This document shows positions 51,489 through 60,885 of a DNA stretch of 64,000 bases, one piece after another (within the stretch, counting starts at the first letter, position 1; each line of letters begins with the position of its first letter). The stretch is taken from positions 24,494,848 to 24,558,847 of the forward strand of contig CM120643.1 of the NCBI GenBank assembly GCA_051362555.1, read 5' to 3'. The translations under genes and the position numbers were made by a program. Below the pieces are notes generated by a model, which had not been told where the DNA came from, made no database searches, and saw nothing but the letters and a program-made list of their open reading frames with translations. This stretch comes from Lingula anatina. Taxonomy: Eukaryota; Animalia; Brachiopoda.

Positions 51489-54400
51489 CATATACGTCTT
51501 GGCCTAAAGCGCCACCTGTGAGTAGTTACAGAAGAATGAGAAAAAAAAGACACGTGTGAATTAGCGTGTTCGTCTTTATTTGACATGGTGTCAGAAGCGG
51601 GATAAGAAGTGCCGTGAAAAATCGGACTGAACTATCTCTAGGGGTACTAGAGAGAGAGAGGAAACTCAAATCCATTGACGTAATGGCTAAATTCCATCCT
51701 CCGGAGAACTTTAGGTTTCACGCGCCAAACGAATGGCCGGAATGGCGCCAACGCTTCATCAGATATAGACAGGCCACTAAACTGGACACGGAGGCCGGGG
51801 GAATACAAGTATCAGCTCTGATTTATGCTATGGGAAAGGATGCAGAACAGATATTTTCTACCTTTAAGCTATCCACAGCAGATGCTACGGCAGAAAATTC
51901 AGGTGAGCCCGAGGCAGAGAATTTTGACGTTGTTATTGCTAAGTTTGACGAGTATTTTATTCCAAGGAGGAATATTATTCATGAAAGGGCAAGATTCCGT
52001 CAACGTCGACAGATACCTGGAGAATCAGTTGAGACTTTTTATAGAAACTTAGTGGAACTTTCAGAAAATTGTGAATTCACCAACAAGGAAGAAGAGATAA
52101 GAGATGCTATTGTAATTGGAATCGCCGACAGAGATTGCTCATTAAAACTCCAATTAAAAGTCGACTTGACCCTGAAAACAGCATTAGAGATTGTTCGCAG
52201 TACGGAACTGATCAAATTACAAAACAGTACTAATCCAAGTGTTGCAAACGTGAGTGAAGTGGAGAAAGGAAATAGACAAGCCAGAGGTAAACCCAGAGGT
52301 CAAAACAGTCAACAAAGAGGTCAGCCCAGACGATGTGGACAATGTAACCATATACTAGACCACAGACATGTAACATGCCCAGCACAAAACAAAAAGTGTA
52401 ATAAATGCCATAGAATTGGACACTTTGGTGTTGTGTGTCGGAGCACTCGTACTTTTAAAAGCAGTGCTAGTAAACAAATGGGCAGTGTTCATGAAGTTAT
52501 TGCAGATGACACTGATGATGTAGAATGTTTCCTTGGATCATTGTTTACAGAGAATAGTAGTAATGATTCAGAATGGAATGTTAAATTAGACATGAATGGT
52601 CAGTCTGTAGATTTCAAAATAGATACAGGGGCAGATACCAGTGTAATTAGTAAGGCAATGTATGAAAGTCTAAAGCCAAGTCCCACACTCTCTCCCACCA
52701 CAGTAGTGTTGAATAGTCCAGGTGGAAAATTAACCAACATTGGCAAGTTTGTTGCAAAAACAAAATTTAAAGAAAAAAATGTATACATTTACTGTACATG
52801 TTGTCAGAGAGAATGTGAGTAACTTGCTTGGAAGAAGTGCTTGTGTTGACATGGGTTTAGTAACTAGAGTGTTACAGGCAGATTCAGTTGGTACACTTAA
52901 GAGTGACCCAGTACATATTAAGTTGAAAGATAGTGCAAAACCATATAGTGTTAGTGCAACCAGACGAGTCCCAATTCCATTGTTACCAAAAGTCAATGCA
53001 GAACTAGAACGTATGGAAAAGGCAGGTGTTATTGAGAAAGTAACTGAGCCGGTTGAGTGGTGTGCACCCATGGTGCCAGTTGTGAAACCTAATGGTGATG
53101 TGCGCATATGTGTAGATTTGAGGCGTTTGAATGAGTCAGTTGTGCGAGAGAAATACTTGATCCCTACTAAAGAGGAAGTACTTAGTCAGCTTGCAGGTGC
53201 ATCATGTTTTAGTAGTCTAGATGCTGCAAGTGGTTTCTATCAGTGTGAGTTGGATAGTGATAGTAGTAAACTTACTACATTTCTCTCACCGAAGGGACGG
53301 TTTTGTTTCAAAAGACTACCATTTGGGGTGACTTCAGCTCCAGAAATATTTCATCGGAAAATGTGTGAAATACTTGAGGGTCTAGATGGTGTTGTAGTGT
53401 ATCTAGATGACATTTTAGTCTTTGGCAAGAGTGTAGAGGAACATGACAAAAGACTTACTAAAGTCTTAAACAGACTGGACGAGAAGGGTCTGAAACTCAA
53501 CATGCAGAAATGTAAGTTGCGAAAATCAGAGTTGAATTTCCTTGGCCAAAATATCAGTGCGTCTGGTATTGGTATTGATAAGTCCCGAGTACAGTCAATA
53601 CAAGACTTGGAAGTACCAAGTAATGTGTCAGAGCTCAAGCGTGTCCTAGGAATGGTTAATTACCTGGGGAGTCACCTGAGTGAGCTTTCTGAGAAGCTTC
53701 ATCCCTTGAATGAACTTCTACGTTCAGATGTTCAGTGGCACTGGGGTTCCGATCAGGATAGTGCTTTTAAGGAGGTAAAACGGTTAGTTTCCTCAGCCCC
53801 AGTCCTTGCATTTTATGATCCATCCTTACCTACAGTGGTTTCAGCAGATGCCAGTAGTTATGGATTAGGTGGTGCACTCATGCAGTATCATGGTAGTGTA
53901 CTTAAGCCAGTAGCATACTGTTCGCGAACACTTTCTGAAGCCGAACGTGGTTATGCCCAAATTGAAAAAGAATGTTTAGCTGTAGTTTGGGTATCAGAGA
54001 AATTTGATCGCTATTTGCGAGGCATGGAGTATGAACTGTTCACCGATCACAAACCATTAGTTCCCTTGATCAATGTTCGTGATCTTGACAAAGTTCCCTT
54101 ACGTTGTCAGAGACTGCTAATGCGATTGATGAGGTATTCACCCAAAGCAGTGTATGTCCCTGGGAAACAGTTGTTAATAGCTGATACTTTGTCACGTGCT
54201 CCAAGATCCAGTGACACATCAGACAAAACAATGTTGACACCACAAGATATTGATGCTTATATCAATAATGTAGAGTCATGCTGGCCAGCTTCTGATGAGA
54301 AATTATCAGAGATTAGAAATGTTTCATCTGTTGATGATGAAATATCTACTGTTTATCAGTACACATTGAAAGGATGGCCCAAGTATGTAGATTCAGTAAA

Positions 54401-56986
54401 TCCAGTCGCACAGAAATTTTACAGTGCCAGAGCACATTTGTCAGTGCATGATGGATTGTTAGTTTATGATGACCGTATTGTCATACCAAGAAAAATGAGG
54501 TCAGATATGTTGGAAAGGCTTCATAGTGGTCACCAAGGTCTTACAAAGTGTAGGCAGAGAGCACAAAGTAGTATATGGTGGCCTGGTATTAGTCGAGATA
54601 TTGACAGTTTAGTCAGTAAGTGTGAACATTGTCAGATTCACAAGCCGTCAGCTCGAAAAGAACCAATGAAATCAACTCCCCTCCCCGATAGGCCATGGCA
54701 AATGTTAGGGGCAGATTTGTTGGATCACAAAGGAAAGAGTTTCTTAGTTGTGAGTGATTATTATTCGAGATACATTGAACTAGTGCATTTGTCAAGCACC
54801 ACTAATTTTGCAGTGATTGCAAAGTTGAAGAATATCTTTGCCAGGTTTGGTATACCTGAGGTGTTCATTACTGATAATGGACCACAATTTGTTTCTGAGA
54901 AATTCAGTGAGTTTTCTCAAGAGTATGGATTCACTCATACAACTTCAAGCCCGCATTACCCACAGGCTAATGGGCATGTAGAAAGGGCGGTACAAGTTTG
55001 TAAAAAGATTCTTAGTCAGTCAGATCCAATGTTAGGTTTATTAGCATATAGGTCAACTCCACATTCAGCAATTGGGTATTCACCAGCTCAATTGTTGATG
55101 GGAAGAAATCTGAGAAATACTGTTCCCTGTCTTCCAAAGATACTAGAACCGAAATGGCCTAATAGTGAACAAGTCAGGTTCAAAGACGAGTTGGCAAAGA
55201 GTTATCATCAGATACATTATAATGAAAGGCATGGGGTAGTTAGAGCTCCTGAGTTAAAGTCAGGAGATTTTGTTAGAATTAAAACTGACAAAGAAAAGCT
55301 GTGGAGTGAGGTTCCTGCTCAGGTTGTGGGAAAAGCAGATCCTCCAAGGTCATATGTGGTGAAAACGAGTGAGGGTGTAGAACTCCGTAGAAATCGGAGA
55401 CATTTAAGTGTTATGCCAGAACTAGCTGAAAAGCATGTTACCACTCCTGTACATGCTAGTAAGTCTGTTGAATGTAGTGGCAGTACAAGCAGTGAAAGTG
55501 GTATGCACGGTGTTAGCAACAACATTCACACAACTGAAAGTGCAAGTAATGTATTGCAAACAAGATCAGGTAGAATTGTAAAACCTGTTGGACGTTTAGA
55601 CTTGTAGATTTTCTGTATACTGTTTGTTACATATAAGCATGCTTAATGCAAGTGAACTTTATGAACTTTATTGAAAAAAAAAAAATGTTGATTGTATGTT
55701 AAATGTAATAGATTGATGTTTAAAGGTTTAGAGACATTTAATTCCACACTTTATTAGTTGTTATCTTTGGGGGAAGATCTCATATACGTCTTGGCCTAAA
55801 GCGCCACCTGTGAGTAGTTACAGAAGAATGAGAAAAAAAAGACACGTGTGAATTAGCGTGTTCGTCTTTATTTGACATATATATATTCAGATACATAAGA
55901 TGTCCATAAATATATAGTAATGAAACTAAAAAAGTTTTAATTTGTTATATTTATCTTATACAATTATTTGCCTAATATGTTGTGATAAGAAGGAATATGT
56001 CCAAACAAAAAAAAGCTGTTTTTGGATTGTGATATACTGAAACGTAAGTGGGATAAAGGTTTTTTTTTTTACCTTTGTACAACAGTTTGGAATGTGTTGA
56101 ACAAGTTGTTCTGCCCCAACGTGTGTAAACTGTCCCACCATGGCTGGTATTGGCTGGTAGGCCTGAAAAACATATGTAAAACCTAGAGAACCATATTGTA
56201 TACACTGTCCCACCATGGCTGGTATAAGCTGGTAGGCCTGAAAAACATATGTAAAACCCAGAGAACCATATTGTATACACTGTCCCACCATGGCTGGTAT
56301 TGGCTGGTAGGCCTGAAAAACATATGTAAAACCTAGAGAACCATATTGTATACACTGTCCCACCATGGCTGGTATAAGCTGGTAGGCCTGAAAAACATAT
56401 GTAAAACCCAGAGAACCATATTGTATACACTGTCCCACCATGGCTGGTATTAGCTGGTAGGCCTGAAAACATACATTAAGTGTAGAGAACCATATTGTAA
56501 GCACCACACTGCCACACTGTTACAGGTTTTCATCTGTTGACTTGAACCATTTTGTGAAAAAAGAATGACTGGTAATGGTTGGTAGCTTTCAATACATATC
56601 AAACTAAATGGTTCACAGTGTGATTAATTTTGTCCTTTTTATAGCTTGCTCTTAAAGAGCAAAAAAACTTCAATAAAAGGGAAAATGAAAAAGTTCTGTT
56701 CGACACAGTAGAAGCACAAGAAATGCTACACAATATACGTTTGGAATGGTTCCAAATTGTATATTCATTCACAATTTTCTCCATTGAAAAGATCTAGTCA
56801 TTACTGTTAGTTATAGGGCATTAGAATGTAAAACTCAACAAAATCTGCATGACTTTAAATATTAGAATCCAACCAAACTGAACTGCATTTCATCCCTATG
56901 AATCAATCCTACGTATGTATGAAATACAATTTTCCTTTCTTGGTGTATACTGATGGAAGTGCACAAAATAGTTTTATTATAATAAT

Positions 56987-57022
<36 letters not shown>

Positions 57023-59873
57023 CAATTTTGCTGCAGTACTATATAAATATTGTTGTGACCAAGACTGTCATAGTGAACAGACAAAACAGTCAACAGGTAA
57101 ATCAAACTATCATAAATAAAAACTTGAATATGAAAACTGAGGTCCAAATGAATGAAACCATTTTCACATATATAAATATTGACTTTAAATGGGGTCATCG
57201 CAGGGATATATTGAACCCAGAGGTGGGGTAATCGAGCGAGGCTGAAGCTTTGACTTGAGATCTCAAACACAGGCCTACCCAACTACGACTCTCTGCATCG
57301 AATGATCCTGATTTCACCAGCAGATTGGACCACACTACCCGTTTTCAAGGTGTGAATCAGTATGTGCTTCGAAAAATTAGACACAACACTGCTCTTGCCT
57401 AGTATGCGATGTGATAGTGATGATTCTCAATGGGGTTGGAAAGTAGTGCATCTTATCTGAAAATTGTGGCATGATACTGTGAAATGCGTACTGACACACA
57501 CCTTGAAAACTGGTACTGTGGTCTGATCTACCAGTGAATTTGGGATCATTTGGTGCTGAGTCTGGTGGTTGGGTAGGCCTGAAACAGTAATTATCCTTTA
57601 TGAGTCCAGAATAATAAGTCACACAGTAATATATTTATTGTGTAGGCAGTGAAAATAGTGCACATCAATCTGTACATAAAAAGGTAGATTAATTAAGTTT
57701 AAAAACCTGTAAGCTGTACCTTTCTGATCTCCAATTTGTCCCAGCATTTGTTTGAGGGTATCCAATGTTAGAGATCCTGGGTCCCCTTTAGGTCCAGGTG
57801 GTCCCTTAGAAAATTGAACAAACATATGAACTATGAGTATGAATTATTTTTATGAATTAATTATTAATTATTTATAATTTATTTTGTGATGTATTACAAT
57901 ATATTTGAAGAAGTGGAAACAAGGGGTCAATGGTCATCACTTCAAAGAATGCCTAACTGGTTGATTTTCAAACATTTTGATTTCCAATTACGTACTATCA
58001 GCACTTTAATTGTATATCTAGCAGCTAGCCATTTTACCTGTATTCCATCTCTGCCATCTTTACCATCTCTCCCAGGTAACCCCTGTGGTCCCTGAACACT
58101 GCTCCTTGAGGAGTTGCCAACTAAAAAGTATAAGTGTGATAAAAATTCAGATAGAGACCATTCCCAGACCCTATCATACTGACTGTGGATCGATCTGTCT
58201 CCAAGTGAATTCTTGCTAAATTGCAATCAGAATAAGAATGGGAACCCAGTCATACATTTCATTGGGTACTGACTAATTAGTCTTCACCATTCACATGCTG
58301 GTACTAGTCAAACAAAGGCCACAAGTGACTTCACCCATATCAATAATTTTTTATGAGTACAGGTTAATTCATATAAAAATTAACATATCATTTGCATCTA
58401 ATATTTTACTGTTACAATGTAACACTTAGTGACTGGTGATAGTTATTTAAAAAGAAAATTGTATTAAATAGGAATGGCATCATTTATCATCATTTCCACC
58501 TTACATGGCAACAAAATGTGTTTACTGCTTACATCTATAAGTATTTTAAAATATCGACTAAACTGTTATAACTTAATATATCATCTTTAATATACAGAGC
58601 AGACCTGCTACCATTACCTTGTAGTGGTGACTGATATCCAAGCAGTCCAATGATTTGCTTGAGGCTGTCTACTGTTAAACCTGGGTTCTGTGGATAAATT
58701 TAAGACATCAAATTGATTTTGTAGCGCAGAGTTGAGAAGATTTAACACTTTGTCATTTCAAACTATGAGTTTATAGGGGGTTTAACATCCAATATAAATT
58801 GCATCTACATCAAGTCAGTATTTTATGCATATTGTTCACTATCAACTTATTTATACCCCCCCCCTTAAAAAAAAAAAAACAAAAAAACTAAAGCTCAATT
58901 ATCATACTTATTTCTTATACATACCAATATGGCTATTGTTTAATTTTATATTAAGATAATATAATGCGCTGTACATCATAGGAAGAAGATTGTTTGTTTT
59001 ATTCATGTAATTTGTCATGATGAAAATTGGTAAAGTTACCTGAATTCCATCTCTCCCATCTCTGCCATCTCTTCCTGGGGGTCCCTGGGGTCCTTGCAGA
59101 CACCCTGAACTTACCACTGAAATATAGGACACAGTGGTTTGAATTGCTGGTTTTTAACATGATACAGATGCTGCAAGTTGATACTCAACCATAAAATGTC
59201 TGTTGTCAAATATAATGTTATGTAGCATCAATATACCCTGTATCCTCTTAATATATTTTATCTGAAATTGTATAAATGTCTGTTCATTATCTCTAACAAA
59301 TATTAATATAGCTTACAGTTTCCTTGCTGCACTTGTCTCTTGGTAATGGAATGGTTTCCATGCTGAAACTTTAATCTATTATTCTCTTCAGCCATGAAAG
59401 TTTGTGCATCAAGCTTCACCTTGATTTTCTGAATAACTGACTAATAAGGCAAAAGTTTAGGAAGGACATCAGTTTTTATAATATAGACAAGATATTTCAT
59501 TTTCTGTATATGAAAACTGTAAAACATAAATCCTTTTTAAAACAATAAGTTAATTACCCAGTAAATTGTTTAAGTTATTAATTAAGTTAAAAGAGACAAT
59601 TGAGAGACAGACCTAGTGAAACGTACATCCATATAATTAACTGATAATACTGGAAAAGGACAAAATTCAAAATACCTTAAGTTGTTTGTTTTCTTGCCTC
59701 ACTGCAGCAACTTCAGCATTCAGTTTTTTCATCTCTTGTTCTTGTCTGTCCAGTCTTTCAACCAGTGTCACCAAAAAGTCATTACTGACATCAGGATGAT
59801 GTTGTAAACTTGATGCAGTGACAGCAGTCACGATAAGTACATCAAATACAGAAAAATGCATGATGTGCACCAT
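50855..59873 (-). CDS. Short-chain collagen C4-like copy G
   Basis: Exons 59676-59873, 59317-59440, 59040-59116, 58618-58687, 58038-58120, 57707/57720-57804, 56073-56162 (further acceptors up to 56462), 50855-51348. The exon 6 donor is ambiguous. Confidence 0.82.
51614..52822 (+). CDS. gag: Gypsy Gag plus N-terminal part of the aspartic protease (likely ATG at 51683)
   Basis: WPEWRQRF, ERARFRQRRQ..GE, tandem knuckles C-x2-C...H...CPA...C-x2-C-x4-H-x4-C, FKIDTGAD. Confidence 0.9.
   Translation: MKNRTELSLGVLERERKLKSIDVMAKFHPPENFRFHAPNEWPEWRQRFIRYRQATKLDTEAGGIQVSALIYAMGKDAEQIFSTFKLSTADATAENSGEPEAENFDVVIAKFDEYFIPRRNIIHERARFRQRRQIPGESVETFYRNLVELSENCEFTNKEEEIRDAIVIGIADRDCSLKLQLKVDLTLKTALEIVRSTELIKLQNSTNPSVANVSEVEKGNRQARGKPRGQNSQQRGQPRRCGQCNHILDHRHVTCPAQNKKCNKCHRIGHFGVVCRSTRTFKSSASKQMGSVHEVIADDTDDVECFLGSLFTENSSNDSEWNVKLDMNGQSVDFKIDTGADTSVISKAMYESLKPSPTLSPTTVVLNSPGGKLTNIGKFVAKTKFKEKNVYIYCTCCQRECE
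52740..55607 (+). CDS. pol: Gypsy Pol (protease C-terminus, RT, RNase H, integrase)
   Basis: LLGR, RICVDLRRLN, LPFG, YLDDILV, ADASSYGLG, TDHKPL, H-x3-H...C-x2-C zinc finger, TDNGPQF, NGHVER. Confidence 0.95.
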   Translation: MASLLQKQNLKKKMYTFTVHVVRENVSNLLGRSACVDMGLVTRVLQADSVGTLKSDPVHIKLKDSAKPYSVSATRRVPIPLLPKVNAELERMEKAGVIEKVTEPVEWCAPMVPVVKPNGDVRICVDLRRLNESVVREKYLIPTKEEVLSQLAGASCFSSLDAASGFYQCELDSDSSKLTTFLSPKGRFCFKRLPFGVTSAPEIFHRKMCEILEGLDGVVVYLDDILVFGKSVEEHDKRLTKVLNRLDEKGLKLNMQKCKLRKSELNFLGQNISASGIGIDKSRVQSIQDLEVPSNVSELKRVLGMVNYLGSHLSELSEKLHPLNELLRSDVQWHWGSDQDSAFKEVKRLVSSAPVLAFYDPSLPTVVSADASSYGLGGALMQYHGSVLKPVAYCSRTLSEAERGYAQIEKECLAVVWVSEKFDRYLRGMEYELFTDHKPLVPLINVRDLDKVPLRCQRLLMRLMRYSPKAVYVPGKQLLIADTLSRAPRSSDTSDKTMLTPQDIDAYINNVESCWPASDEKLSEIRNVSSVDDEISTVYQYTLKGWPKYVDSVNPVAQKFYSARAHLSVHDGLLVYDDRIVIPRKMRSDMLERLHSGHQGLTKCRQRAQSSIWWPGISRDIDSLVSKCEHCQIHKPSARKEPMKSTPLPDRPWQMLGADLLDHKGKSFLVVSDYYSRYIELVHLSSTTNFAVIAKLKNIFARFGIPEVFITDNGPQFVSEKFSEFSQEYGFTHTTSSPHYPQANGHVERAVQVCKKILSQSDPMLGLLAYRSTPHSAIGYSPAQLLMGRNLRNTVPCLPKILEPKWPNSEQVRFKDELAKSYHQIHYNERHGVVRAPELKSGDFVRIKTDKEKLWSEVPAQVVGKADPPRSYVVKTSEGVELRRNRRHLSVMPELAEKHVTTPVHASKSVECSGSTSSESGMHGVSNNIHTTESASNVLQTRSGRIVKPVGRLDL
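56115..56500 (-). repeat. 75-bp tandem repeat x5 containing the copy G exon 7 acceptor (150-bp higher-order pattern)
   Basis: Plus-strand gcctgaaaa at 56161, 56236, 56311, 56386, 56461; tattggct/tataagct and cctaga/cccaga variants alternate. Confidence 0.93.
57270..57581. mobile_element. Old MITE-like inverted repeat with ~95-bp diverged arms in copy G intron 6
   Basis: caggcctacccaac...ttttcaaggtgtg at 57270-57365 mirrored at ~57485-57581. Confidence 0.65.
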
Positions 59874-60101
59874 TTTGTGGCAGTCAAGGCTATGACCTGG
59901 GTGAGGCTAATAAAGGTTCTTATATTAATTGATTGAGCCATAATTTATCAACTGAACTTGTCAAACATGAATATTATACAGTATGGGGCTTAGTAACTCA
60001 GGTTTTTACAAATATTTGAATAATGATTATTACTAGTATGCAGGGGTGGATCCAGGATTATTTGAAGGGTGTGGACTATGTGTATGCAAAGCCAACCCTC
60101 C

Positions 60102-60143
<42 letters not shown>

Positions 60144-60699
60144 ACCCTTGGCATGGGGTTTGGAATCTGCTGAAGGGCTCCGGAAATGTTGATATTGTAG
60201 AGATCTGTAGAAGATCTGAGATAAGACCTGGTTAACCTGAACTGAGCCAAATTACACGTAATCTGAACTAGGTTCTTAGATACTTAGACTGCGGGTATAA
60301 TCTAGATGCTAGGGGCTCTAATCCACCGCTGGAAGCGATTCTAGGTACAGTACGCGATTACCAACTTGGGTTATGCCAGGAGAGAAGAGTAACGCAACAC
60401 CACTGTTTAGTTACAAAAATCAAAACTCATTTATTGTCATGTCACAGCCTGATTTATACCTAACATGGCGTGACAGACTTATCTTTATTGAGGCTTCACT
60501 ATAATTTAAGAAGATGAGATAAGAAAAGATATTAACTTTAGATAAGAGGTATAAACTTCCATTGACACTTATTACGAGTTGCGCGCCCAAGCCCGCGACT
60601 CCGATCGAATAAATTTCCATTTTTATTAATGTAAAATTTTACTAGTCTGAACACGCCTTCCCTTTTCACCAAAAAAAAATTATGAAATACAAGTTTTTA

Positions 60700-60870
60700 T
60701 TTTGTTAATACGTTTCCACCATATGGCTGGTATTGGCTGCTAGACAGTTAAAAACTTCTTTTAAACCTAGTGAGCCAAATTGGGTACACTGCTCCAACAT
60801 GGCTGTTATTGTCTGATAGACATTAAAACATACAATAAACTGAGAGAAACACTGTCCCACTAGCTTGAAT
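60700..60870 (-). pseudogene. Remnant of a further family copy (degenerate exon 7 5'-boundary repeats)
   Basis: atggctggtattggctgctagac and acactgctccaacatggctgttattgtctgatagac match the LPANTSHGG exon start. Confidence 0.55.
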
Positions 60871-60885
60871 ATACTGTGCCAATAT

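Larger units (their letters stand above)
51486..55877 (+). mobile_element. Full-length Ty3/Gypsy LTR retrotransposon (Mag-like) in copy G intron 7
   Basis: 100-bp LTRs at 51486-51585 and 55778-55877 with one difference; PBS TGGTGTCAGAAGCGGGAT (tRNA-Leu type) at 51586; PPT GGGGGAAGA at 55769-55777; inserted in (TA)n. Confidence 0.97.

Noticed and set aside
51586-51603. tRNA-like sequence
   Set aside because: Only an 18-nt primer-binding site complementary to a tRNA 3' end, not a tRNA gene.
52765-52785. Programmed gag-pol frameshift
   Set aside because: The shift is +1 and falls inside the protease domain in an A homopolymer; an indel or error is more likely.
60229-60380. Weak inverted repeat, possible MITE
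   Set aside because: Arms are too degenerate and no TSD could be fixed by eye.
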